Part shown: positions 11,580 through 22,039 of the stretch, one piece after another
How positions within the stretch are numbered: the stretch's first letter is position 1
Layout: the number at the start of each line of letters is the position of its first letter
Source of the DNA: an uncultured virus (IMG/VR IMGVR_UViG_3300037189_025930)
Taxonomy: Duplodnaviria; Heunggongvirae; Uroviricota; Caudoviricetes
Virus record (IMG/VR): IMGVR_UViG_3300037189_025930
DNA: 64,000 nucleotides
Direction: 5' to 3' (one strand)
Program-made: the position numbers and the translations under genes
Notes under the pieces: model-generated
Seen by the model: the letters and a program-made list of their open reading frames with translations, nothing else
The model's database searches: none
Told to the model about the DNA's origin: nothing

Positions 11580-13058
11580 ATGGCACTTACTAAGATTGAT
11601 TTTTCTCAATTAGAGAATATTGATAATACTCCTACTGGATTAAACATTAATAAATCAATAAACTTCACTCAGCAATTAGTAATATCTGAAATCCCTTTTC
11701 AACAACCTTCTACACCTAATATTTGGTTTGATAAAAGTCCTTCTAATGCTGGATTAAAAATAAGAATAAATTCTACTGTTTACGATCTAAAGCCAAAAGA
11801 AACTCTTAATAATATTATTATTTCATCTAATTATGTTTTTAATTTAAGTGGAAAAAGAGGTATAGTTAATAACTTAACTATTAGTGGATCTAATATTACT
11901 CTAACAGTAAGAAGTGGAATAAACGATTGGTCTATATTAGAAGTTCAAGGTGATTTAATAATACCTACAGGTTGTACTCTTAATCTTATTAGAACTCCTC
12001 TTATAGTTCGTGGATCTATATTAGGTGGTGGAACTATCACTTCTCCTGATGGCGTTAATGGCGGATTAGGCGGAACTGGTGGTCCAGGTGGAGCAGGTGG
12101 AACTGGACTAGGGGGTTTTCCTGGAGGTATTTTTTCACAACCTCCTCCTTATGCTGGATCTGCTCCAACTTTTGGTTCTCCAGGATGGACTAATGGAGCC
12201 GGTGGATCAGCATCATCTATGCCTATTGAATACGGTATTAATAGCGGATCAGGTGGTAATGGTGGTCAAGGAACTGGTGGTGGTGGAGTAGGTGGCGCTC
12301 TATCATATGTACCAGGATTTGATACACTTACAGAATATTGGTCTTATGGTGGTTACTCTGGAAATGGAAATCCAGGAGGCAATGGATATTTAAATGCTGG
12401 TGGAGGTGGTGGTGGAGCAGGTGGATCAGGAACCTCTGTTGCTCATCCTACACAAACAGGTGGACCTGGTGGACCAGGTGCTTGGGCAACACCAGGTATA
12501 TCTGGAAATTCAGCTGGAACACTTTCTACTTCTTATATTGGTTTAGGCACTCCTAGTTCAGCTAATACTGCTCCTAGTCAAGGTACATCTGGAGGATCAA
12601 CTTTTGGTGGCGCAGGCGGGCAAGGTTTTTCTTTTACTGGACAGGGTTTAAATGGTCCAACCGTTCTTGGTTCACCTGGTTCACCTGGTGGAAATGGTGG
12701 TAATGGTGGTCCAGGTGGCTCTACTGGTGGTGCTCATTTAACAGTTTTTTGTATAGGCGATATATCTTCTTCTATTACTTTTAGACCTGGTAGAGGTGGA
12801 ATTAATGGTGGATTATCAACTTCTCCTAAAGCTCAAACTGGATCGGTTTGGTTATTTAATAAATATGGAACAACTTCTCCTACAACACCAGGATCATATG
12901 ATATACAAGGAATTGGACCATCTCCATCAGGACCAAATGGATCTGTAACGAGAATACTTATAACTGATGATAGTAGCGTTAATAGTTTTTTTAGAGATAT
13001 TTTATATAATACTAATGGTATAAGTCCAGCAAAAGAAGTGGTTGCTTTAACACTTTAA
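11580..13058 (+). CDS. glycine-rich tail fibre/adhesin B
   Basis: paralogue of 8873..10351 (WSILEVxGDL, GCTLNLxRTPLIVRG, MPxEYGI). Confidence 0.6.
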   Translation: MALTKIDFSQLENIDNTPTGLNINKSINFTQQLVISEIPFQQPSTPNIWFDKSPSNAGLKIRINSTVYDLKPKETLNNIIISSNYVFNLSGKRGIVNNLTISGSNITLTVRSGINDWSILEVQGDLIIPTGCTLNLIRTPLIVRGSILGGGTITSPDGVNGGLGGTGGPGGAGGTGLGGFPGGIFSQPPPYAGSAPTFGSPGWTNGAGGSASSMPIEYGINSGSGGNGGQGTGGGGVGGALSYVPGFDTLTEYWSYGGYSGNGNPGGNGYLNAGGGGGGAGGSGTSVAHPTQTGGPGGPGAWATPGISGNSAGTLSTSYIGLGTPSSANTAPSQGTSGGSTFGGAGGQGFSFTGQGLNGPTVLGSPGSPGGNGGNGGPGGSTGGAHLTVFCIGDISSSITFRPGRGGINGGLSTSPKAQTGSVWLFNKYGTTSPTTPGSYDIQGIGPSPSGPNGSVTRILITDDSSVNSFFRDILYNTNGISPAKEVVALTL

Positions 13059-13138
13059 TTTTTATATAATTAAAATAAAAATAATAATTTTTACATATTT
13101 GTTTTAAAAATAGTATATATAATTTTTTAGGACTAAAA

Positions 13139-13582
13139 ATGGAATTTAAAGAAATCTTAACCATAATAAATATTTTAAACATTTGTGTGGTTCCACTTAT
13201 TTTACTTTCGATGAAATATTTAATTAATCAAATTTCAAAAGAAAACATTGAAGAGGCAAAAAGAGATTTTGATAAAAAAATTCAAAAAATAGAAGATCAA
13301 ACTGAACAAAATAATAATAAATTAGATATAAAACTACAAAGAATTGAAGAAAAAATTGATAGATTTATTGGTGAAACTCATACAGTTTTACAAGAGAATA
13401 GAATTAAAATAGCAGAAATTGAAAGTACAAAAACAGTCCTAAATATATTAGATCGCGAATTAGAAAATAATAAAAATGAAATAAAAAAAATTGAAAGTTC
13501 TTTGCATCAAGAATTTAGAGAAGGTCTTGTTAGAGTTCATAATCGTTTAGATGAGATTGTAAGAAGTATAGCTTCTAAATAA
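13139..13582 (+). CDS. membrane-anchored coiled-coil protein (holin/antiholin-like)
   Basis: N-terminal TM segment followed by heptad-rich region; precedes the peptidase. Confidence 0.4.
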   Translation: MEFKEILTIINILNICVVPLILLSMKYLINQISKENIEEAKRDFDKKIQKIEDQTEQNNNKLDIKLQRIEEKIDRFIGETHTVLQENRIKIAEIESTKTVLNILDRELENNKNEIKKIESSLHQEFREGLVRVHNRLDEIVRSIASK

Positions 13583-13642
13583 AAAAAAATAATAAAATAA
13601 TTTTCTCTATATTTTAAAAATAATAGTAGAGGTTAAAAGTAA

Positions 13643-14260
13643 ATGATAAAGTTAGATGTACCATATAACTGGCAAGTCAATAATGATACGATAGTTATTA
13701 AAGAACAAAATATTAATTTTAAAGGAACTGCTCAATGTGGTCCTACATCTGCTTGTATTATGATGTCTGCTTTTATACCTGAAGCTGCTAGCGATAAATT
13801 TGTAAAAGAATTTATTACAGATATAGATGCTTCTTGGTTACAAGGTAAATCTTCTAGAAAGAGCGCTTTTCAATCTAACTATGAAACATCTATAAATAAA
13901 TTTTTACAAAAACATGGAGTTAAAAGAAAAGCAGTAGTTAAACCACATGGTGGAACTATTGATGATATAAAAAAAGCTTTAAATTCTGGTTCTCCAATAA
14001 TGACTTCTACCAAATTAACTGGTGATGGACATTATATTTGTATGGTTGGATTAGATGAAGAAAATAAGAGTTTTATATTTCATGATCCATATGGAAAATT
14101 TGATTTTTTTAAAAAGAGTTATACAGAAGTAAAAGATTTTGCTGGAGAATATGTTTCGTATCCAATGGATAAGATGATACAAGTTATGGAAGAATCGTCT
14201 AAAGCAGCGAATGGACCAAGAGTTAAAGGTTTTAGAATAATATATTTAGGAGAAATATAA
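13643..14260 (+). CDS. C39-like papain-fold peptidase, putative endolysin
   Basis: VPYNWQ, QCGPTS, GHY, FHDPYG (Cys-His-Asp). Confidence 0.8.
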   Translation: MIKLDVPYNWQVNNDTIVIKEQNINFKGTAQCGPTSACIMMSAFIPEAASDKFVKEFITDIDASWLQGKSSRKSAFQSNYETSINKFLQKHGVKRKAVVKPHGGTIDDIKKALNSGSPIMTSTKLTGDGHYICMVGLDEENKSFIFHDPYGKFDFFKKSYTEVKDFAGEYVSYPMDKMIQVMEESSKAANGPRVKGFRIIYLGEI

Positions 14261-14637
14261 TGGATTATATAACAAGTTTATTTGAGAGAAGTTTTGATAT
14301 TTACTTTATTTGTTTGATTATTTTAGGTAATAATTTTTTATGGGATTTAAATTTTTATTCTAATTTTTTACTTGAAAGAATTAAAAAAGTATATTTAACA
14401 GCACTACATAGTGTTTTGCTAGGTGTTTTTTATTATTTTGTTGTTAAATATTTTGGATCAAACGACTTAGAAGTTAAAGCGCTAATTAATTCATATTTTT
14501 TAAGTACATCGTTATATGAATTAGGATTAAAAGATGTTATAGATTATTTAAAAGCTAATGCTTCAAGGATAATGATTAACAAGATTAAAACAGCTACTGG
14601 AGATAATAATGAAAGTTCTATTGAAAAACAAGGGTAA
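14260..14637 (+). CDS. putative holin
   Basis: 2-3 hydrophobic segments, charged C-terminus, coupled to the peptidase. Confidence 0.55.
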   Translation: MDYITSLFERSFDIYFICLIILGNNFLWDLNFYSNFLLERIKKVYLTALHSVLLGVFYYFVVKYFGSNDLEVKALINSYFLSTSLYELGLKDVIDYLKANASRIMINKIKTATGDNNESSIEKQG

Positions 14638-14729
14638 AGTTTTTATTGGCGTTTTATTATTAGCTTCTTATGTAACTTATAAGATAATTATTAGTAATAA
14701 TTTATCAGAAGCATATATAGGATTTAGTA

Positions 14730-15056
14730 ATGAATGATTTTTTAAAAATTATATTAAATACAGTAAAAGATTTTGTTGTTAATAATACAAAAATTTTACT
14801 GTATGTTTTTATTAGTTTAATATCTATTAGTATTATATTCCAATATTTTTCTACTTTTAATCACAATGAAAATCAAGTTGTAAGTAAAGAGATTGTTAAC
14901 GCTAATTATAAAAATGATATGAATTTTTTAGAGTGCATTGCTGAACAACATAGTTGTATTTATAAAAATCTTGATAATTTAGTAGATCATAATTTAATAA
15001 AAGAGGTATGTAAAGATGAAAATTATTGTTCTAATCTTGGCGCTACTAATAAATAA
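14730..15056 (+). CDS. putative inner-membrane spanin
   Basis: single N-terminal TM; overlaps the downstream lipoprotein gene. Confidence 0.45.
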   Translation: MNDFLKIILNTVKDFVVNNTKILLYVFISLISISIIFQYFSTFNHNENQVVSKEIVNANYKNDMNFLECIAEQHSCIYKNLDNLVDHNLIKEVCKDENYCSNLGATNK

Positions 15057-15420
15057 TTGTTCTACACCAGAAAAAATTATTAATTATTCACCTAATATTT
15101 CTATTGGATGTTCTAATATTACTGAATCTAAAGAAAGATTACTTTGTATTTCTAAAATGGTAAAACAATTAGAAGATATAAGAAACTCTAAAATAATTAT
15201 TGTTGATAAAAAAAAGAATGAAAGAATAAATGAAAGTTATAGTTCTTTTACTACAATTTATTGTTTTTCTGATAAAGAAGAAAAAGAAAAGTTTTTATGT
15301 TTTGAGTCAACAAAAGAAGAATATGATCCTACTCTTTTAGGTATTGTTTTTGATTACACTAAAAAAATAGGATTTGGATTTGTAATTGGATTAGTTACTG
15401 GCTTATCATATTCTAATTAG
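15016..15420 (+). CDS. lipoprotein, putative outer-membrane spanin
   Basis: MKIIVLILALLINNC signal/lipobox; hydrophobic C-terminus. Confidence 0.5.
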   Translation: MKIIVLILALLINNCSTPEKIINYSPNISIGCSNITESKERLLCISKMVKQLEDIRNSKIIIVDKKKNERINESYSSFTTIYCFSDKEEKEKFLCFESTKEEYDPTLLGIVFDYTKKIGFGFVIGLVTGLSYSN

Positions 15421-15691
15421 AAGTAAAATATATAGTTTCACCTTTTGAAAGATGTACTTTTTTATTATCTCTAATATAATATAATTCTTTTTCAATTTGA
15501 TACTTTCTTTGTTTATTAGTAGGCGATTTCATTCTTTTTAAACATCCAGGATTATACTTTGGACTTATAAAAAAAACATTATTAATTTTTAAATCACTTT
15601 GTTTTAATTCATCGCTATGAAAAATATTTTTTTTAGCTTCAACTATTTGTTCATTCTTTTTTTCTTTAATTGTTACTTTTTCTTTTGACAT
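15413..15691 (-). CDS. hypothetical protein
   Basis: ORF with AGAGGA RBS. Confidence 0.6.
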   Translation of the reverse strand: MSKEKVTIKEKKNEQIVEAKKNIFHSDELKQSDLKINNVFFISPKYNPGCLKRMKSPTNKQRKYQIEKELYYIRDNKKVHLSKGETIYFTSN

Positions 15692-15703
15692 GTTTTTTCC
15701 TCT

Positions 15704-16231
15704 TTAAAATATTTGATCGTTTAATTTAGTAAAAAATTCAGTTAAATTATCTCCATCTTTAAAACCTTTATTTAATAAAGATTGAGATAATTGTTCTGAT
15801 TCTAATTTTATTTTAGAATTATATTTAAAATTACTTTTATAATTACAAAAATATATTTCTCCGCCTAAAGATATTATTTTTTTAGCTTCATTATTATAAC
15901 GAACATCACTAGTAACTATTTTATCATGTTTTTGTACTTCTTTTTCCCAAGAATTAATCCAAATATTTTCATCTACAACATTACGCATAATGTTTCCTAA
16001 TTGTAAAAAATCTCTTCCGTTAAGTGAGGTAAGATTTTTATATACTGGATTCCAATATGTTTCTTTAAATACCTCATAATTAAAATTATTTTCAATTTTT
16101 AACATTTTAAAAACTATTTTCTTTAAAACATCTGCAAAATTTACTTTAACATATCCCTCTCTAACATGTTTATCTGCATTATAATCTTTACCAGATCCTA
16201 TAACTCCACAAAAGCCTATTATTTTTTTCAT
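15704..16231 (-). CDS. deoxynucleoside monophosphate kinase (T4 gp1-like)
   Basis: IIGFCGVIGSGKD, FADVLK, RDFLQ, SDVRYNNE. Confidence 0.85.
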   Translation of the reverse strand: MKKIIGFCGVIGSGKDYNADKHVREGYVKVNFADVLKKIVFKMLKIENNFNYEVFKETYWNPVYKNLTSLNGRDFLQLGNIMRNVVDENIWINSWEKEVQKHDKIVTSDVRYNNEAKKIISLGGEIYFCNYKSNFKYNSKIKLESEQLSQSLLNKGFKDGDNLTEFFTKLNDQIF

Positions 16232-16268
16232 ATTATACCTTTTATTTATATATTATTATATATAAGTT

Positions 16269-16529
16269 CTATTTAATATGTTGTATTTTTAAATTTTTAA
16301 AATTATAGGATATTGCATTCATGCAATTTTTCATATCGTGAATATCACTAAAAGAAAAAGAATAAAATTTAAATTTAATATCTAATCCAGATTCATAAGG
16401 ATACTTACAAATTGAATTAATCATTTTATTTAATTCTTTAAATTCATTTTCATTTGTATTTGAAGAACATGATATTTTTAAAATATTCAATCTTTTGTCC
16501 TTTTTAATTTTACCACATGAGAAATACAA
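16269..16529 (-). CDS. hypothetical protein
   Basis: ORF in operon. Confidence 0.4.
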   Translation of the reverse strand: MYFSCGKIKKDKRLNILKISCSSNTNENEFKELNKMINSICKYPYESGLDIKFKFYSFSFSDIHDMKNCMNAISYNFKNLKIQHIK

Positions 16530-16852
16530 TTTTGATCTTTTTTCATAAATTTTAAATAGTTATTAATTAAAGAAATAATATTATTACTTCCAACAGTATT
16601 TGCTGAGTGAACTTTTATTAAAGGTAAAATATAATTATTATCTTGACAATATTTTATTAACCATTTAGCAACATCATATCCAGTCTTTTCATAATTTTCA
16701 TCCAAAAATCCTAAATCATGATCTAGTGATATTTCATATATTTCATTAAAATTAATTTTAACTACATATTCAATAAATTGTTCATAATCTTTAATTATAA
16801 TCCATTGATCATCTAATGGTATTCTTATGTCATCTAAAAAAATTTTAATCAA
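16487..16852 (-). CDS. cyclic-phosphate-processing receiver-domain protein
   Basis: FLDDIR, ISLDHDLG, TGYDVAKWL, VHSANxxG. Confidence 0.8.
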   Translation of the reverse strand: MIKIFLDDIRIPLDDQWIIIKDYEQFIEYVVKINFNEIYEISLDHDLGFLDENYEKTGYDVAKWLIKYCQDNNYILPLIKVHSANTVGSNNIISLINNYLKFMKKDQNCISHVVKLKRTKD

Positions 16853-17519
16853 ATCTTAAATTACCTTCGTATCCATCTAGAGTTAAATAATTGTGGATTA
16901 ATAGTTTTAAACTAGAATTAAAAGAATTTGTTTCAAATAATAAATCAAACATCTGAGAGACGACTATTCTAGTTTCTTTTTGAGCATCTTTTTTAAGTCT
17001 TAACTTAAAAAGGTGAATAAAGGCCCATAGTGATCCAGTCCAGATAAACTGAGTATTTAAACTTAACGGAAGAATGGTTCTAGATAATTCTTTAGCAACA
17101 TTATTATCATTTAATTTTTGATATATTATTTTAGAATTTTCAATATGATCAATCATTTCTTTTAATAGATTTTCGTCAATAAAAGAATCTCCACTACCTT
17201 GTTTAGAATCCTTACTTTGATAACGCAATTCAGTAGGAACCCAAAAATCTTCTGAAAAATCTACGTATCTTCCACTAATAGAATTTGCTGTTAATCCTAT
17301 TTGGTGTTTAAATAATTGTCTTTCAACAAAAATTGGACAGCTGATACGATATTGTAATTGAGGATGTCTAAATGGTGAAACATGTTTATGTTTAATTAAA
17401 AAAAGAAGAAGCTTTTCGTCATTAAGATCAAAAACTTTTTTATTTTTACCATAAGAAACTCTAGCAGCGTTTACTACCATTAAATCATCACCAAAAACAC
17501 TTAGAAGTTCAGCCTTCAA
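16845..17519 (-). CDS. thyX: FAD-dependent thymidylate synthase
   Basis: VNAARVSY, HVSPFRH, RQLFKH...SISGRY, LRLKKDAQKETR. Confidence 0.95.
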   Translation of the reverse strand: MKAELLSVFGDDLMVVNAARVSYGKNKKVFDLNDEKLLLFLIKHKHVSPFRHPQLQYRISCPIFVERQLFKHQIGLTANSISGRYVDFSEDFWVPTELRYQSKDSKQGSGDSFIDENLLKEMIDHIENSKIIYQKLNDNNVAKELSRTILPLSLNTQFIWTGSLWAFIHLFKLRLKKDAQKETRIVVSQMFDLLFETNSFNSSLKLLIHNYLTLDGYEGNLRFD

Positions 17520-17520
17520 T

Positions 17521-17850
17521 TTATATGTCCTTAAATAATTTTAATTTTTGATTTTTCTCGATAAAAAAATCATAAAATTTATTTTCAATTAAATTATTAA
17601 TTTTATTTTTATTGTCTTTAAAGTAATTTAAAAAAATTCTATGAGATTTTAACTTATAAGATTTTTCTTTATAAACTTTAAAATAAAAAACATCTTGATT
17701 TAAAATTAATTTTTCGTTTTTTTCAATAAAAAATTTAATATACCAACCATGTTTATTATCAATATCTAAAAAAATTTTTATATCTCTTCCATTATAAGAT
17801 TTCTCGAATAATGTTTTAAAAAATAAAAAGTTATATATATTCTTTAACAT
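17521..17850 (-). CDS. hypothetical protein
   Basis: ORF in operon. Confidence 0.5.
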   Translation of the reverse strand: MLKNIYNFLFFKTLFEKSYNGRDIKIFLDIDNKHGWYIKFFIEKNEKLILNQDVFYFKVYKEKSYKLKSHRIFLNYFKDNKNKINNLIENKFYDFFIEKNQKLKLFKDI

Positions 17851-17851
17851 T

Positions 17852-18403
17852 CTAAGAAACAGTTTTATCTTCTGTTATTTTATCTACTATTGGTCCACCA
17901 ACTATCCAAGCATCGCAAGTTCTTAAAGCGGAACACTTAAAATCTAACGCTTCACAAAATCCAAGTTTACCTGCTTCTATTGTTGCCCAAGCATCTTCTT
18001 TATTAGAATCTCCTTGAGATAGACCATCAGCAATACAATTTAACATTTTTTTAGTTATTACAAAAGCTGCACAATTTCCGCAAAGGCTTTTTTGAGCTTC
18101 TTCAACTGATTCTAGTCTCCATTTTTCAGTTTTTGAATTCCAAAATTCTTCGTTATCTTCTTTTGGATTTAATGGACCATAACCAAAATCATAGATTGCT
18201 TTTTGACGATTTTTTAAATTAGCTTCTACATCTTTAGTTTCTACTGGACAAGAAAAAGATGATCCTTTTGGTTTCTCTTTTTTTATCTTAGAGGATACTT
18301 TCTTCGTTTGTTTTTCCTCTTTAATTTCTACTGGTTCAATTTCTTTAATGTTTTTTTCTTCTTTAATTACACTTAAGTAATCTTGAAAACTTTTTCCTTT
18401 CAT
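17852..18403 (-). CDS. Cys-rich conserved phage protein with capsid-targeting-like N-terminus
   Basis: CPVET, CGNCAAF, GFCE...CSALRTCDAW; N-terminus KSFQDYLSVIKEE. Confidence 0.6.
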   Translation of the reverse strand: MKGKSFQDYLSVIKEEKNIKEIEPVEIKEEKQTKKVSSKIKKEKPKGSSFSCPVETKDVEANLKNRQKAIYDFGYGPLNPKEDNEEFWNSKTEKWRLESVEEAQKSLCGNCAAFVITKKMLNCIADGLSQGDSNKEDAWATIEAGKLGFCEALDFKCSALRTCDAWIVGGPIVDKITEDKTVS

Positions 18404-18424
18404 ATTATTTTTCCTTATATTATT

Positions 18425-19741
18425 TTATTCAAAAAATTTAAAAAATTCGTATGATACATTCATTGGTACGATACTATCTTTTTGTCCCATTCTTGCTTTT
18501 AAAACTTTAAAAGCCGCTTGACCTTGAGACCGCATACCAGGTGTAGCGATAATTGCTACACAAGTATCAAGAGTCATGATTTTTTTATGACTCTCACTAA
18601 TGTCGAATTCATTAATTTCAGCAGGTGGTTTTTCTCCAGCATTTCTGTTAAATTGAGTTGCTGTAACTATTGGACAATTATATTCATAAGAAATACCTCT
18701 AAGTGCTTCAAATATAGCTGCTCCATCTGCATATAATCCTTCTCTTTTTCCACTATTAGGAAGTAATAAATCAGCATAATCAACTACAATTAATTCTGGT
18801 TTAAATCCAGAATACATTTCTAATCGAGAAATAAAATGACTTATTTTTCTTACTGCTATTGAACTTGTAGGAAATTCTTTTATTATAAATCTTTTTCCAT
18901 CTGTTTGTATTCTTGAATAAGCATCTTGAATTTCTTTTTCTCTAGAAGGCAATTCTCCGATAAAACGATTCATAAAATGAGAATCAATTCTCATACCTTT
19001 CATTTCTTCACTTAATTCTAAAGTTATTAAAACTACATTTTTTTTCTGATTAGCCCAAGCATCAAAAGCAATCTGATCTAATGCTATACTTTTACCAACA
19101 GAAGAACCCGCAACAAAACAAGATAGAGTTTTAGCAAAAAATCCTCCTCCTATAAGATTATTAAGAGAAGGCCAAGGAGTAGGAATATAAGATTCTAATA
19201 ATTCTTTTTGACGAGAATATCTTTCTTTTATGTTAGTAATATCTATACCTAAATTCTCATCTATTCTCCAAAGTACAGCGTCTTTTAATTTCTCTTGAAT
19301 TTCGTCAAAAGCACTTGGATCATCTATTTTATTAATACCTTCAAAAATTATATCTTTAATTTTTCCACTTTTAATAAACTTTAATAACTCATCATGATAA
19401 TATTGTAATTCATCATCTGTTAAATTAGCTCTATCGAATATTTTATCAATTGTATTAAAAATAGTAGGTGATATTGGTTTCGCATTTTGTGCCGCAAATA
19501 GTTTCTGAACTGAAGAAACAATAATATTTTTCTTTGGTGAAGAAGAATATTTCTCCCAATACATTTTTGTCATTCTAAAAATATTTTTACAATCAGAAGA
19601 ATTAAAAAAATCAGCATCTATTTCATCAATAAAAGTTGTCATTTTTTGACGATTTTGAACTAAAGCTGATAATATTTCTTCTTCTATAATCCACGGTGAA
19701 AATTTAGGTGTTATCTTTACTACTGAATTAGTATTTTGCAC
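18425..19741 (-). CDS. dnaB: replicative DnaB-like helicase
   Basis: AGSSVGKS Walker A, ITLELSE, IVVDYADLL, TATQFNR, LKARMG. Confidence 0.92.
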   Translation of the reverse strand: MQNTNSVVKITPKFSPWIIEEEILSALVQNRQKMTTFIDEIDADFFNSSDCKNIFRMTKMYWEKYSSSPKKNIIVSSVQKLFAAQNAKPISPTIFNTIDKIFDRANLTDDELQYYHDELLKFIKSGKIKDIIFEGINKIDDPSAFDEIQEKLKDAVLWRIDENLGIDITNIKERYSRQKELLESYIPTPWPSLNNLIGGGFFAKTLSCFVAGSSVGKSIALDQIAFDAWANQKKNVVLITLELSEEMKGMRIDSHFMNRFIGELPSREKEIQDAYSRIQTDGKRFIIKEFPTSSIAVRKISHFISRLEMYSGFKPELIVVDYADLLLPNSGKREGLYADGAAIFEALRGISYEYNCPIVTATQFNRNAGEKPPAEINEFDISESHKKIMTLDTCVAIIATPGMRSQGQAAFKVLKARMGQKDSIVPMNVSYEFFKFFE

Positions 19742-19782
19742 GTTTTATCACTCCAATATACTTATTATATATTTAATGTTTA

Positions 19783-20736
19783 CTACTGTTTAAAATTAAT
19801 TTTTTCATTGAATACGAAATTCATTTCCCATTTTTCATCAACTTTTAAAAGATTTGGTTTTATTTCTTTCATTTCACCAAAATCCTTACAACCTGGTTCC
19901 CATAAATGAAACCATAGATTGTCAACTTTTCCAATCAATTTTTCAATAATTCTTTTTTGCCCTTGCCTGCCAGGATTATCGCCATCACCTATTACAACAA
20001 CTTTATATGGATTTTTATCTAAAATCTTTTTTAATTGTTCATCACGTAAAGTTAATCCAAAAATTGCTATTCCTTTTGGCCAAACTCTAACAGCATCAAA
20101 TATACCTTCGAAAATCCATATTTCATCTCTAACATTATCTAAATTCCAAATAGGATGTGAAGAAGCACCTGTAGAATTTAACCATCTAATTGGGTTTTCT
20201 TTATCAATACTTCTAGCAGCATAGAAAATAAGTTTTCCATTTTCATAAACAGGAAAAACAACTCTTCTTTCTTTATGATTAATAAATATCTTCATTTCTT
20301 TTAACATATCATCTGTAAAATATCTTTGTTTTAAATATGATATGTAAGTTTTATCATTAGAAGTTAATTGTTTTATATTTTCATCAAAAGAAAGGTCTCC
20401 TTCAACTAAATCAATTGTATCTTCACTATTAGATAAAAAATCAATTTTTATTTGGTCTAAAGAAAAGTAATTTCTTAGAAACCAAAGTTGTGATTGATTA
20501 TTGGTTTCAAATCCTTTTATGAAAGATACAAAAGACCACCATGATCCATAGTTACCACTTTTAAAGCAATTCCATGCTCCGCCCTTACGATAATTAATAC
20601 CGCATTTCTTTTTATAATCCCTAACGAACGGAGAATTAATTAATAATTCTCCTCGTTCTGGTTTTTCTTTAAAATCTGTAATTCCTTCGTCAACTAAGAA
20701 TTGTATTATCTGTGTTCTGTTCGGTTTTAGTGTCAT
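19783..20736 (-). CDS. DNA primase (TOPRIM)
   Basis: RVVFPV, ARSI, IFEGIFDA, GDGDNPG, KDFGE; degenerate Zn finger. Confidence 0.85.
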   Translation of the reverse strand: MTLKPNRTQIIQFLVDEGITDFKEKPERGELLINSPFVRDYKKKCGINYRKGGAWNCFKSGNYGSWWSFVSFIKGFETNNQSQLWFLRNYFSLDQIKIDFLSNSEDTIDLVEGDLSFDENIKQLTSNDKTYISYLKQRYFTDDMLKEMKIFINHKERRVVFPVYENGKLIFYAARSIDKENPIRWLNSTGASSHPIWNLDNVRDEIWIFEGIFDAVRVWPKGIAIFGLTLRDEQLKKILDKNPYKVVVIGDGDNPGRQGQKRIIEKLIGKVDNLWFHLWEPGCKDFGEMKEIKPNLLKVDEKWEMNFVFNEKINFKQ

Positions 20737-21007
20737 TTGTAAGTTCTTCTAGGTTTATATTTTCTTTGTTATTATCATAATAATCTGCTGTTGCTTTTAA
20801 AACATTAACTAAAAACTTATCAACATCCCAAAAAGGATCTTGTTTTTTTACTGATTTAACCCACTTTGCTCCACGTTTTGTAAATGAAGCGTTTAAAACT
20901 TCTTTATCTTCTTCATTTTTATTTAAATCTAAAATAATATCTTTAGACGATAATAAATCTAAAAATTGATTCATAATAAACTTATCAATATCTCTTTCAA
21001 AAATCAT
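20690..21007 (-). CDS. hypothetical protein
   Basis: ORF in replication operon. Confidence 0.6.
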   Translation of the reverse strand: MIFERDIDKFIMNQFLDLLSSKDIILDLNKNEEDKEVLNASFTKRGAKWVKSVKKQDPFWDVDKFLVNVLKATADYYDNNKENINLEELTNDTKTEQNTDNTILS

Positions 21008-21201
21008 GTTTTATCTTCTCCTTGAATTTTATTGTGAAAATTATTTATAGAAATTAAATTATCTGTTAACATTTGATGTTTTATTTCATCTATATCTTCT
21101 TTTCTTAAACTAGAAGAATCAACATCTTTAGTTTCAGTTAATTCAAATAAAATTCCTGAATCCTGGAAAGCAACTTTTGCTGTTATTTTTATTAAACTCA
21201 T
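21004..21201 (-). CDS. hypothetical protein
   Basis: ATGA-coupled ORF. Confidence 0.6.
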   Translation of the reverse strand: MSLIKITAKVAFQDSGILFELTETKDVDSSSLRKEDIDEIKHQMLTDNLISINNFHNKIQGEDKT

Positions 21202-21965
21202 TTTTTATTTTCCTTATGTTTTTTAACCATTTCAAGAGCAAATTTAATTTTTTCTTTAGCCCAATTTCTCTTTCTTAGTTCTTTTATTAATTCTTTTTTC
21301 TTATCAATTTCATTTTGAACATCACTTATTATTTCTAATTTTTTATCCAGATATAAATGAGATCTCTTTTTAAAAACATTGTAATAATAAGTTTTATAAC
21401 TATGAATATTTAAACCAAGAGCCTGTGCTATTTTTTCCCTAGAAAAATTTCTTTTTCTTAATTCTATTATAATATAGTCTGTTCTATGAATTTTTTGAAC
21501 ATCTGTTTCAGATTGAATTTTCTTAATTAAAGATTCTTCAAAAGTAATTTTTCTTGGATCAATTTGCCATTTATTTTCTAAATACTCAGAACTACCTCCT
21601 CCATCTCCATTAAAATTTCTTTTAAGACTTTCTATCGAAATTAATTCACCTTTTTCTTGTTCAAATTTACTTTTTCTTTGTAAGAATTGAATTAAATCAT
21701 TCTTAATTACAACATAAGCAAATGTTGAAAATTTATTACTTCCATTATACTTTGGAAGTGCTTTATTCCATAAAGATAATAAAGCTTCTTGTTTAGCGTC
21801 TTCAAATAATTCAGAATCATTAAGATTAAGTTTATTTTTCTTATAAACATACTTATGAACTAATTTATTTATAAAATTTAAATTTTCATTGATGAATTTT
21901 GTAAATTCTCTTTCATTTTTTTGTATTCTTATAGCGTCTTCTACTGTAATTTTACTTAGTTTCAT
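21198..21965 (-). CDS. sigma70-family RNA polymerase sigma factor
   Basis: region 2 (EDAKQEALLSLW...KFSTFAYVVIKN) and region 4 HTH (SREKIAQALGL). Confidence 0.85.
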   Translation of the reverse strand: MKLSKITVEDAIRIQKNEREFTKFINENLNFINKLVHKYVYKKNKLNLNDSELFEDAKQEALLSLWNKALPKYNGSNKFSTFAYVVIKNDLIQFLQRKSKFEQEKGELISIESLKRNFNGDGGGSSEYLENKWQIDPRKITFEESLIKKIQSETDVQKIHRTDYIIIELRKRNFSREKIAQALGLNIHSYKTYYYNVFKKRSHLYLDKKLEIISDVQNEIDKKKELIKELRKRNWAKEKIKFALEMVKKHKENKK

Positions 21966-22039
21966 TAATTGTCCTTTTTTATGTAATTTTGTAATATTGT
22001 AATATACTATTTATAAAAGTAAATAAAAAAAGTAAAAAT

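Noticed and set aside
11560..11582. T4-type late promoter TATAAATA
   Set aside because: Too likely by chance in DNA this AT-rich and not consistently placed before structural genes.
14609..14737. Possible small frameshifted TM gene between holin and spanin
   Set aside because: Needs a 1-nt correction and has no homology support I can verify.
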